Below are positions 51,720 through 64,000 of a stretch of 64,000 bases of DNA, in pieces (position 1 is the stretch's first letter; every line of letters begins with the position of its first letter). Source of the DNA: Eledone cirrhosa (lineage: Eukaryota). The position numbers and the translations under genes are program-made. The stretch lies in assembly GCA_964016885.1 (NCBI GenBank), contig OZ024741.1, forward strand, positions 364,436,001 to 364,500,000. Direction: 5' to 3'. The notes under the pieces are model-generated. The model saw only the letters and a list, made by a program, of their open reading frames with translations. It did not search any database and was not told the DNA's origin.

Positions 51720-52027
51720 TATATATATATATAAATATATAATAATATATATAAATATATATATATATAAATATATATATATATAAATATATAACTTGTA
51801 GAAAACTTATAATGAAACAATTGTTTGGAAAGAGAGATATATTTTAACTTTAATTATATCATAAAATAATACAACTGGCTTTCCACAAAATACATATAGT
51901 TAGCACCCCAAACACTTAAATTGGGTTATACTAACATATAACCTAATGTTTGTTGAGTGAGATGGTTACCAGTCGGAGTTTAGCGTTAAGCTATCTCTGT
52001 TATTGTATTAAATATATATAAATATAT

Positions 52028-52152
<125 letters not shown>

Positions 52153-52156
52153 TACG

Positions 52157-52461
52157 TAATCTTGGTATGTTTATATACATTTTTTCTTCTAACTTTGATT
52201 TTATACCTAATTGTGTATGGTTGACGATATATTTAATCGATTTCCACGTGCTATTGAAATGCTGGGTAAATATTCTATAGCTGTTGATCGCGAATAGATG
52301 GCTGTCGTTTATTTATCTATCATTTCTTCATAGGTACCTTTTAATCTTATAGCCTGGTTTAATTGGTTTTTTGTGTGGTTGATTATGCTGATTGGGAGAG
52401 GAGATGGTGTATATATTTTATCAAATGATTCTATGGACATACCTTATTGTATATATATACC

Positions 52462-52510
<49 letters not shown>

Positions 52511-52805
52511 CCTGGTATGTATATGAGCATTTCTAACTTTAATTTTATACCTAATTGTGTATGGTTGACCGTTTATTTAATCGATTTCCACGTGCTGTTG
52601 AAATGTTGGGTAAATATTCTATGGCGGTTGGCCGCGAAGAGATTGCTGTCGTTTATTTATTTACTATTTCTTCATAGGTACCTTTTAATCTTATAACCTG
52701 GTCTAATTGATTTTTTGTGTGGTTAATTATGCTAATTGGGAGAGGAAATGGTGTATATATATTAGCAAATGATTCTATGGACATACTTTATAGTATATAT
52801 ATATA
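52157..52805. repeat. Two tandem copies of an approximately 295-bp unit separated and flanked by (TA)n
   Basis: 52157-52460 vs 52507-52805 align end to end with scattered substitutions. Confidence 0.88.
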
Positions 52806-52811
52806 AATACT

Positions 52812-53829
52812 AGCTCTTTCAATTGCGCAGAGGGTTCTATAGAAATAGTGGACAGCTTCCGTTACCTGGGCAATAAAATCAGCAGTGGGGGAGGGTGCTC
52901 TGAAAGTACTGTAGCTAGAGTCAGAACTGGTTGGAAAAAGTTCAGAGAGCTTATACCACTATTAGCTGCTAAAGGGTTCTCCCTAAAAATGAAAGGCAGG
53001 TTGTACGATGCCTGCATACGAACAGCAATGTTGCATGGCAGTGAGACATGGGCATTGTGTGCAGAGGATATACGCAGACTAGAGAGGAACGAAGCTTGCA
53101 TGCTCCGCTGGATGTGTAACAGTAATATACGTGAACGGCAAAGCATAAACGAACTAAGAAAAAAAATTAGAGATAAGAGGGATCAGATGCTGTTTACTCG
53201 AGAGAAGGCTACGTTGGTATGGACACGTGATGCGCATGAAAGTCGATAGCTGTATAACAAAGTGCAGGGCAATAAAGATAGACGGTAGCCACGGAATAGG
53301 CAGACCTAGAAAAACCTGGGACGAGCTGATAAACTCCGACCTCACACACTTACACCTCTCCAAGACAATGTCACTGGACCGAGACCTTTGGCGGTACTCA
53401 GTAACAGAGAAGACCCGCCTTACCTAAATATATAGTAAAACCTACTCCAGCCAGTAGGCATCTCTAACAAAATACACCCCGTCCCACCACCACCACCCCC
53501 ACCCCATCCACACCACCCCGTCCTATGTAAAGTTATGTTGGTGCCGCGCCATCCAGGCCGAAACCAATGAGATCGTGTAGGTGTCACGACAAAAAAACAC
53601 ACAGTCCACGCTGTAATGTGGCCGTGTAGGCAACACGGTAAAAACCTCCCAGACCCACACTGTAAATGTGGTTGGTGTTAGGAAGGGCAGCCAACTGTAG
53701 AAAACCTGCCAGACAGTCCTATGCGAGCAAGACAATCACTCTTGCCTCAAGTGGGACTACCCCCGTCCAAACCCATGCAAGCGTGGAACACGGACGTTAA
53801 ACGTTGATGATGATGATGATGATGATGAT
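52812..53829 (+). mobile_element. 5'-truncated RTE LINE (close relative of the intact copy), frameshifted
   Basis: DSFRYLG..GGGCSEST..RVRTGWKKFREL..MLHGSETW; frameshift in the A-run near 53160; 3' UTR and (GAT)n tail. Confidence 0.92.
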
Positions 53830-55452
53830 ATGGTATCCACAGTTTCTGTCTAACTAATTTTATTCAGAAGACATTGATCAACCTGGGGTTATAGTAGAAA
53901 TCACTTGCCCAATGTGTCAAGGAATGGGACTGAAATTGAAACCACATGGTTATGAAGTGAACTATACAGCCATGCATGTACATACAAACAAAACATTTTA
54001 TCTAGAATTTTTGAATATAAGAAATTCAGATATCACTTTGTTATTTTGATTAACAGTTGCTCTAAGCAGTGGATTAGTACAGTCATTACAGCATAATCAT
54101 TCTGGTTCTCTCTGTTCTCCATTCAAATTTTGTCAACGTCAGCTTTGCCTTTCATCCTTACAGATTTGATAAATAAAGTACCAGATTAGGGATGAGAGAT
54201 TGGTGGAATTATTAAAGAGTTGGAGAGGATACATTACAATATCCAATCTGGCTTTCTGTGTTTTGAGTTTAAATCATGCCTCCTGCTGCCAGGAATTACA
54301 TCTGGTAGATATTATTGTGAAGGCATGTGGCTAAGTGGTTAGAGAGTTGGATTTGCAATCGTGAGGTTGCAAGTTCAATTCTCGGACCAGGTGATGTGGT
54401 GTGTCCTTGAGCAAGACACTTTATTTCACATTGCTCCTTCTGTCAGAAGTTGTGACCGGTAGATAGTACTAGCAATGGTAAGACCAATAGAAACATTATT
54501 TCCTTGGTCCGATTTGACATGGTCCATCTCGCTCGGCAAGTGAATGAGGTCTAGGATCTTGTCGATTGATATATTATAAGTAATGGGAAGACCTATGGGA
54601 ACATAGTTTCTTTGCTTGATTTGATAATCAGCTCCTTTAGAATGTTTTAAATAGTTGCTTTATGTTTAGATTACTTAAGCATTGTTTTGATAACTAACAC
54701 TAAACAATCAACACAAAAATGCAAGTAATTATATAATTAACAAAAGATTCTCATAAATTTCTTTGCTTTTAAGATTGTAGTACTTGTATGCTGATTAAAT
54801 TACATGTCAGCTGTTACATAACAAGAATGAATTGATTGTAATTAAAGAAAAATAACTATTTTATCGTTCTTCATTGTAATAAAATTTGATTACTAAACGA
54901 ATGTAGCAATATTATTTCTTACAATGGCTTCAAAAGAATCTTGTAACTTCGTTGGACTAAATCTTCACTTGAAATAGTTTTAAATCTGGTTTATACTAAA
55001 AGGTGTGTGCTGCATGTGTAACAAATGCCATGATTTATAGGAGTGGGTATGGGTGATGAACGTGGAGCAGCAGAGAAGTCTGAAAAGAAAAGAAAATGAG
55101 AATAGTTTGGTGGATGAGATGAGTATTGCTGAGAGAAAGGAAAACAAGAAATAGCAGAGGATAATAGGAATAAGCTGGTTGTGAAGAAATATGAATAAGA
55201 TAGTTGGATTATGGGCAGAGGAAGGATGAAAGTCTATGGGTGAGAGATTGTGATAGAAATGGATGTGAAAAGGAAGTAATGGGAAGGGGAGATAATAAAA
55301 GATATGGTTAAAAATAATGGAGGAGGAAATGAAAGCCAGAGGTTTGCAAAGGAGAGGGAAAAATAGAGGAACTTGTGGGCTTCATAAGGCTAACCCCTGC
55401 TTTAGCAGAGGAAGTGGCTTTAATATGCTAGTTGCCATATGGTTTATATAAT

Positions 55453-55635
55453 TGTTTCTACTTTTGGCACAAGGCCAGCAATAACCCAGTACATTACTGG
55501 TACTTTATTTTATCGACCCCGTAAGGATGAAAGGCAAAGTTAACCTCAGTAGAATTTGAACTCAGATCATAAAGGGAGGTAACTCTATGCTTCAAAGCAT
55601 GGCGTCCGACCCCCTACCGATACCGCCAATATACC
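55453..55635 (-). mobile_element. ATT-tailed Nin/Deu-like SINE, 19-bp TSD
   Basis: gccatatggtttatataat at 55434-55452 and 55636-55654. Confidence 0.9.
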
Positions 55636-57029
55636 GCCATATGGTTTATATAATAATGAATTGTCTTGTTAGTTGAAGATCTCAGTTCACTCAGTATATA
55701 TCACAAAGGTTAACTGTTTGATATTTTGTAGTTTTACTCTCTTCTTCTGCCAATCTTTATTATTGTAGTAATAAAAACTATAGATAAAAATTGTCTGGAT
55801 TTAATGATTATATGATCTCAGTGTAGTTATGGTTACAATACTATTTGCCATTGTGATTTGCCTTGATAACTGTGATCACAAGGTTATTAATACCTTGATT
55901 GGTATATTATGTAATAGATGTGATAGTGGATTTTCAGGAAATTCCACCATTCCCTTATAATTCTTAGTTTCTTTGAGTTATGTTAAAAGGCTGCGAATTG
56001 GCAAAATCAATAGAGCATTGGATTAAATTCCACAGTATTTGTCCTCTGAGAGTTTTGAATGAGCCAATCAAAAGCCAGTACTGTAATCAAAATAATTACA
56101 TTAAACTATTTAAATATATATGAAATTATGTTAGATTATAATGAATATTATGCACTTCTCAATATCAAACAGATTTAGTACATTCTTTAGAGTAAATGTT
56201 ATATAGTTAAAATCCTTACACAATTCTTCTAATTCTATTTCACACCTTATTCTTAATTATCAGTTTAGTTTCATATACTGGAAATGAAATTATGTTCAAT
56301 TATGTCTGATTTATTATTCTTATTGCAAAAATGTTATTCTTAATTATGAAGAGTTGCTTTTGTCACTGGAAGAGTGTGGATGTTTCTATCAGGAGTTGTG
56401 ACCGGGTGATAGTGTCAGTAATTTAAAGACAAACAGATGTATAGTTTCCCTGGTCTGAGCTGATGATCGACTCCTCTCCTTTCCTTAAGTTAAAGCTGAA
56501 ATCTCATTTAGTTGAGGTTTCCAATTACTTTGAGATCTCTGAGGGCATTCCCCACATGTCAACAACTATGAACTGCTATTCCACTGAAAGTGCATTTGAT
56601 TTTCTTTTTATTGGACTGAACTGGAGAATTAATATAATAATTTGTTTATTCTGCTGGTTCCAGTCACTAGACTGTTGCCTGACTGGGGCACTACTTTGAA
56701 AAACTTTAGTTAATCATATCAACTCCGCTGATAAGCTTGTGAGTTAGCACACATGCACACACCTTCACAATAATATATACACAATAACTATTCAAATAAA
56801 GTCATCTTCTAATGCACACCATGTTCTTTATACTCTGACAGCTTTATACAAACACACATGCATATAAACGAGACTTACACACAGTTTCCATCAATCAAAT
56901 TTCACTGTCAAAGCATTGGTCAACCCAAGGCTATTGGACTGCATCTGAAATCAAGTAGTTACAGAATGAACTCCTTAAATACACAGCTATAAATCTGTAT
57001 CCACATAAATGGATTTTTAATGTATTGAC

Positions 57030-60000
57030 TGCTGGTGGCACAAATAAAAGCACCCAGTCCATGCTGTAAAGTGGCGCTGGTGTTAGGAAGGGCATCCAAC
57101 CAGTGTATCAATGCCAAAACGCTTATCAGCACAGCAACAAATAGGAACAACAACAAAATATGAAGACGTCGCATCTCAGAGTTGCAACACTTATTGTTGG
57201 CACTCTCAGAGGTAGATCTGCTGAAATAGCGGAGATGCTGGAGAGAAGGCATGTGGATGTGTGCTGCGTGCAAGAGGTGAGATGGAGAGGTGCCTCTGCG
57301 AGACTAGTCGTAGGCAAACGTCTTAGCTATAAGCTATTCTGGGTAGGTAAGGATGATGGGTTACGGGGAGTAGGCATTTTCCTAGCTGAGAAATGGATCA
57401 ATAAGACAATAGAGGTAGTTCGAGTTAGTAATTGAATAATTAAGCTTAGATTAGTTGTAGGCAGGAGACTACTGACAATCATCTCTGCCTATGCTCCCCA
57501 AGCAGGCCTAGGCAAAGATGAGAAAGACTGCTTTTACGAGCAACTTTTACAAACAACCGCAATGACAGAGGATGGAGACATCGTTATGCTAGCAGGAGAC
57601 TTCAATGGTCATGTTGGACAGCTCCAGGATGGTTACACTGGGGTACATGGTGGGCACGGTTACGGTTCAAGAAATGAAGAAGGAGTGAGGCTTCTTGAAT
57701 TTTGTGATGCAGGTACATTGACTATTTGCAACACAAACTTCCAGAAACCTGCCAATCACCTAATAACCTACAAATCTGGTGAACACATAAGCCAGATTGA
57801 CTTCTTACTAGTTAGGCAGTGGGACAGGCAGATAGTGTCTTATACCAAGGCATACCCTGGGGAAGAATGTACCCCACAGCATAGGTTATTCGTTAGTGAT
57901 ATCTCAGTAAGCAAGAGATGGAATGAGACATACAGGAAGGTGTGGAGAAGAAAGGTCTGGAAGCTAAAAGACCTTTCACTAAAATACAAATTTAGGAAAG
58001 CCCTTCAAGATGTATATGACGAAAAAGAAGACGATTTAGAGATGTATGACATAGATAATAACTGGAATTTCTTACGTGACAACTTGCTGCAGGCTACTGA
58101 TGAAACTTGTGGCTGGAGCAGAGCTCCAACCAGACAGAGAGTGACCTGGTGGTGGAACAGCACAGTAGATAGGGCCATTAGAGACAAAATACTAGCATCG
58201 AAGGCTTGGAAAAAGGGTGGGAGTAGGGAAGAATATACAGCCACTAAGAGAGAAGCTAGACGTCAGGTGTACTTAGCACGCAGGGTGGCGGAGAGTAGGA
58301 GGTTTGCCAATGTTCTGCGACGGGAAGATCAGAGGTGTACGGTGTTCCACATTGCAAGGCAGTGTCTCAATGCAAATCAGGATGTTGTTGGAGATAAATG
58401 TGTCCGGGATGATGCCAGTGTACTTAGTGTCACGAATGATCAGAAAAAGGAGGCCTGGAAATGTCATTATGAGAGACTGATGAATGTGGAGAACGAATGG
58501 GAGAGAGAGAAATTACCCTTAGTAGATCCGACAGAGGGACCAACTATTGAGATTGACGAATATAGGGACCAAGAGGCGATTAAGGAAATGAAAAATGGTA
58601 AGGCTGCTGGACCATCGGGCGATAGTTGCTGAGATGCTGAAGGCATCAGGGGATGAAGGCACTAAACTGGTTGCACGCATCATCAATCAGGCTATATATG
58701 GTGGTGTCATACCCAAAGACTGGTGCAGCAGTAATCTCATAAATTGCTACAAAGGTAAAGGGGATGCTCTGGAGAGGAGCAATTATAGGGGTATGAAACT
58801 GATGGATCAGGTTATGAAAGTGGCAGAAAGGATATTAGCACAACTAATTAGAGAAAGGGTCAAACTAGATGAGATGCAGTTTGGTTTTGTGCCTGGGAAG
58901 AGTACAACAGATGCCCTCTTCTTGGTGAAACAATTGCAAGAGAGGTTCTTAGAGAAAAATAAGCCACTATACTTAGCCTTTGTTGACCTAGAGAAGGCCT
59001 TTGATAGGGTACTCCGATCTGTCATCTGGTGGTCCCTAAAGAAGCTAGGTGTTGAGGAATGGCTTGTGAGGACAGTGCAAACTTTGTACAGAGATACTCT
59101 CAGTAAAGTCAGGGTAGGAATGGAGTTTAGTGAGGAATTCCAGATACAAGTCGGAGTACATCAAGGTTCGGTCCTCAGCCCGCTCGTGTTCATTATAGTC
59201 TTCCAAGCCATAACAGAGGAGTTTAAGACTGGCTGTCCATGGGAACTTCTCTATGCTGACAATCTGGTTCTTATAGCAGAATCAGTAGAGGAGCTAGAGA
59301 ATAAATTCTGGCTATGGAAACAGCAGTTGGAAGCAAGAGGACTGAGAGTGAACCTAGCTAAGACAAAAGTGTTGATGAGTAGAAAAGAGGACAAAACCCT
59401 GATTCCGTCAGGGAAATGGCCATGTTCGATATGCAGAAAAGGAACTGGCATAAATTCTATAAAATGCACACAATGCAGATCCTGGGTACACAAGAGATGT
59501 AGCGGGATAGCAGGCAAACTAACAGGTAGGGAGAAATATGTATGCAGTAGATGTACAGGGAAATTAGACAGTAGAAGTCACATTGATAGACACATTTTTC
59601 AAATGCAGGAGGGCGCTATAGAAGTGGCAGATAGCTTCCGGTACCTAGGAGATCAGATTAGCATGGGAGGAGAGTGTTCCGAGGCCATAGTATCTAGAAT
59701 AAGGACGGGTTGGAAGAAGTTTAGGGAGCTGCTTCCTCTGCTGACGAAGAAGGGTTTCTCCCTGCATACGAAAGGCAGGTTGTATAATGCCTGTGTGAGG
59801 AGCGCGATGCTGCATGGTAGTGAGACATGGGCAGCAACTGCAGAGGATATGCGATGGCTGGAGAGAAATGGGGTAAGCATGCTCCGTTGGATGTGCAGTG
59901 TAAATGTGCGTGAACGACCCAGCATAAATGTGTTGAGAGAGAAACTGTGTCTGAGAGGGATAGAATGTAGTGTACGGGAGAGGAGACTGAGGTGGTATGG

Positions 60001-60243
60001 ACATGTGATGCGCATGGATGACCGATGGGTGAAGAAGTGTCAGGAAATGCCAGTTGAAGGAAGACGTGGTAGAGGTAGACCACGAAAAACATGGGCGGAG
60101 GTGGTGAGAACAGACCTCAGATCATTGAAGCTCACGGTGGAGATGACGAGTGGAGAGATGCTGTGCTGAATAAGACCCGTCCCACCCTTGCAAGCAGGGG
60201 AAAAGCGGACGTAAAATGATGATGATGATGATGATGATGATGA
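57030..60243 (+). mobile_element. Full-length but inactivated RTE LINE of a second PHD-bearing family
   Basis: Coding region 57160-60169 with TGA at 57433, a frameshift near 58620 and YADD changed to YADN. Short 3' UTR and (GAT)n tail. Confidence 0.92.
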
Positions 60244-60291
60244 CTCTAATCACAGGGCCTCAACAGTGTCTCCCACATTATTATTTTTTGT

Positions 60292-60470
60292 GGATTGGCA
60301 GTATCGGTAGAAGGTCGGATGCCATGCTTTCCAGCATAGTTACGTCCCTTAACGATCTGAGTTCAAATCCCGCAGAGGTTGACTTTGCCTTTCATCCTTA
60401 CGGGGTCGATAAAATAAAGTACCAGTAATGCACTGGGTAATTGCTGGCCTTGTGCCAAAAAGTAGAAACA
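60292..60470 (+). mobile_element. ATT-tailed Nin/Deu-like SINE
   Basis: Flanked by attattatt(t)n-gt on both sides (60277-60291, 60471-60487). Confidence 0.87.
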
Positions 60471-61924
60471 ATTATTATTTTTTTGTCACTACCACTCTGT
60501 ACTGAGCCAAGGCATGTAGTATAACAGCCTTCAGATTTTTGTGACTCTGGATAACTGTTTAGTACAATCATAGAGGCTAGAATCATCTAGCATTTACATG
60601 ACAGGGTTTCCACAGGTCGGCCATATCAACATACAATGGTCTTGCAAGCACCAACCATGTTGGCAATAGGTAATAGCAAATCAGAGTTCAATTCCAGAAA
60701 GGGGTAATGCAAAAGACAGCAGGCATGCAAAAATGCACATACACATTCCCTTTCTTTCTCTCACACACATTCATTGCTCTACAAACAATCCACGCATGTT
60801 CTCCCCCCTCACTCCCATTCTCCCATGCAAACATATTCTCTCTCTCATATGCATACACACTAGTATAGATAAGGCAATTATATACCCATAATTTGTGGAT
60901 ATCTCTGTTTTCATTACAATCTTAGCCATCAAATCTTTCTTATTCTTGTATTGTAATCATTACAAATCATACTATTTTGAAATGATTGTAGATAATTATT
61001 ATAGTCCTGTTTAATATTCATCTGCATAAATTACTTTTTTAATCTATTTGCCATCTTTGTTATATATTACCAATAATAGTTCTTTTAAATAAATCTACAT
61101 TTTCTCATGAAGAAAATGTATTCTTATATTCTTTTATGAGTTTTATGTATTTCAGTCATTAGACTGTGACCATGCTGGGGTGTCACACCACCTTCAAAGT
61201 TTTAGTCAATCATATGGAACCCAGTACTTATACATTTAAGTTTGGTACTTATTTTATCTTTTTTTTTTGTTGAACATTAAGCTGCAAGACATAAACACAG
61301 ACAAAAATGTAAACACAGGTATGAATGGGCACTCAACACATTGCTTAGTGGTTAAGGTATTCAGTTCATTATTGTAAGGTTGTGAGTTTGATTCCTGGAA
61401 GCACATTGTGTCCTTGAGCAAAACATTTTATTTCACATTGTCCCAGTCTACTTAGCTGGAAAAAAAGAAGAGTTGTATCTGTAATTCAAAGAACTAGCCT
61501 TGTCATACACAGTGCATAATCTCCTTGAAAACTATGTCAACGGTACACATCTGTGTCATGTTCAGCCACTTGGACGTCAATTCATGAACTGGCTGCTCCA
61601 TTAATCAAAAACACTGAGGGAGGTCTATCGCACACATTCACGATGAGCTTCTGTAGTCTCTGTTTACCGAATGTCATTCACAAGGCATTGTTCAACCTGA
61701 GACCAGGAAAAGACACCTGTCCAAAATGCCATGCATTGGGAATGAACCCCGAATCTTATGGTTCCAAAGAAAACACTTTAACCATACAATCATGCTGGCA
61801 TCTATTCATATCATTTTTATTTTCAATTTAAATTATTTGAGAAATAAATTACTATTTTTATTCCCCAATGCTTATATTATCCATACTTGTTCTCTAAAGC
61901 TGCATTTATTTTAAAAAGTATGTC

Positions 61925-62099
61925 TTTGAATTTTGAAAATATGTTAGCTTATTGTAAGCTGCTATAGCATAGATGTGACTATAAAATACTTGAAAAAGTT
62001 GGGCATATAAAACACTAGAGATGTCAAAATGTGACTATTTTGTTGTCAAATCTGCATTGTAGCAGCTTACAGTAAGCTAACATTCTTTCAACATTCAAA
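61925..62099. repeat. Inverted repeat with arms of about 64 bp
   Basis: tttgaa...atgttagcttattgtaagctgcta... vs ...tagcagcttacagtaagctaacat...ttcaaa. Confidence 0.85.
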
Positions 62100-62156
62100 T
62101 TGGCTCAATGCTTTGTAAAACAATTATTTCTTTATATATATATATACACACACATA

Positions 62157-62256
62157 CAGGGTATCCCCCCAAAATGTATACACACTTGGTTACCTGTACA
62201 GGTAATACTTATTAGAAAGCTGTTGAACTATATATCTATTTTTTGGGGACACCCTG
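62157..62256. mobile_element. Tc1/mariner-type MITE with TA TSD
   Basis: TA|CAGGGTATCCCC...AAAA and TTTTGGGGACACCCTG|TA. Confidence 0.8.
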
Positions 62257-62356
62257 TATATATAGCTGTTGCATAATGGTTATCACTGAAATATATATAA
62301 CAGCAAATATGAATAAACAAAGTTAATTCTAACCTGTTGACTTACGCTACATGTTT

Positions 62357-62450
<94 letters not shown>

Positions 62451-62503
62451 GTGGCTAAGGACAATTTATAAGATAAACATTTTCTTCTTTTGCTGTTTTA
62501 TAG

Positions 62504-62538
62504 TTAGAAGAAATTCATCGGCATCCATGGGTAACAGC
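62504..62538 (+). CDS. BRSK2: BRSK1/2 kinase coding exon, 35 nt: LEEIHRHPWVT(A)
   Basis: Pyrimidine tract + tag acceptor, gtgagt donor. HPW motif ends the AMPK-family kinase domain. In frame with the previous exon. Confidence 0.9.
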
Positions 62539-64000
62539 GTGAGTAGATATTTCTTTCTAATAATATTCATGTCTCTCCTCTTTTCAGTCAGTCACTTAAA
62601 ATATTGAGTTAAACTCTAAGTTTACTCAATTATATATACTCTCTAAATATTTCTGTATTACTATCAAACTGTTATGTATGTTGAGGATATGTTTTTTTTT
62701 TGTTTTTTTTATGAAGCATCCTATTTCAGATTAAACTGATATAAATGAGACTGGATGCTGATAGGACAAAGAAAAGACATTATTATTAGACATAAAATGC
62801 TTTACATTAAAGCTGGAACTGCTATTAGATATAAAATATTTTACTTGCAAACAAGGATTTCTGTTGGTTTAGGTATATAAAATGCACCCAATGAACTTAA
62901 TAAAGTGATTGGTGTTATAAAAGACTTTCAGCCATAGAAAACTTGCTAAACAAAAATTCAAGAGGATTCTTCAGTTGTTTTCAGTGCATGAAAGCGTCCC
63001 TAGTGCTGGTTCCACAATAAAATGCACCCATTTCACTCTGTAAAGTGGTTTAATGCATGTAAGCAAAATGCAGGTCTTGGCCATCTTAGATAGAGGTCAG
63101 TAGCTCATATTGAGTATTGTCTTGACCTGTTCAACCTATGCCAACTTAGAAAAGCAGACATTAAATGATGATGATGATTGAAGAATACCAGACTCTAATC
63201 CTATTGACATCATTTGAAAAGGATTAAAATTTCGCCAAAATTTCTGGAAAAGTCTAATTTTTAAAGTAAGATATTAAATATCTAACTACAGTTTCAAGAC
63301 ATTTTATGCGTAATGATAAAAATGAATTTCTTTGAGCCTTATCAGCTTTAGTCTTATTTTGACCAGCTTCATTAAACTGCTTTAATCAGACTAAATTCAG
63401 GGTTTGAAAGACATTGTTATATATATATATATATATATATAAAACAAAGTTTGCCCACCCCCACCAAAAAAAAAGAAAAATTATTACACCTTGAAATATT
63501 ATTTCGAATTTAAGACATTTTCTTGCTTTCCTATATTTATTTAATTTTCTTTGATTTCAACTCTTTTTATAATTTTTACCACTTGAAAAACTTAAGACTT
63601 AATCATTTTTTTTTCTAATTTCAGACATTATTTTTACCCCCTTTTCTTTAAAAAAGTAATCCTTTTTTTCTTCATTACACTCAAAGAATTTTCAATAGAT
63701 TAATTAATTCCTTGTTATTAGTTTTAAAAATCTATCAATGAATCATATCAATAACTACAAATAATAAATAAATGCTACAATATGAGGCATTGTTTTCATA
63801 AGAAAGGAATCACTTATTGTGATTAGTGTAATCAAAATTGAAATGTTCATAGTAATTTGTATTTCTGTATAGGACATGATTTTGTAAAAAATTTTTTTGT
63901 GCATACTTTTTAGGTTGAGAAAAAGTATGTGTGGCATTCAATTTTTTTTTTGGCATTTGCAAATATTTTGAGAAATCGTTGACAACTGATGATATTCTAT

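Noticed and set aside
62531-62536. Alternative donor TGG|gtaaca in the last exon
   Set aside because: Would change the exon phase, and the downstream gtgagt is a better consensus match; cannot be supported without RNA data.

Overview
AT-rich, repeat-dense animal genomic DNA, not prokaryotic. The SINE/LINE repertoire most resembles a coleoid cephalopod such as Octopus (inference). The window lies inside one large plus-strand gene, a BRSK1/2 (SAD-1) family neuronal Ser/Thr kinase. Four short coding exons (8520-8553, 47939-48007, 50721-50867, 62504-62538) splice in frame into kinase subdomains VIII-XI, separated by introns of about 39.4, 2.7 and 11.6 kb. The introns hold one intact RTE-clade LINE (1039 aa), a second decayed RTE family plus many 3' fragments, and a near full-length L1/Tx1-clade LINE inside an (AAT)n microsatellite. 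They also hold relics of CR1, CRE, Penelope and Helitron elements, TTAA-flanked MITEs, several tRNA-derived SINE families, two SINE-born minisatellites and several long hairpins. Most notable: (1) the Tx1-like LINE and the commonest young SINE share a 3' tail and an ATT-target priming signature, suggesting a LINE-SINE partnership; (2) both RTE families carry a C4HC3 PHD finger inside the RT region; (3) a pseudoknot-like module lies at the 5' end of one RTE family but is tandemly repeated in the 3' UTR of the other; (4) a 43-bp tandem duplication spans a kinase splice acceptor. Family assignments come from motif recognition by eye; no database searches were run.
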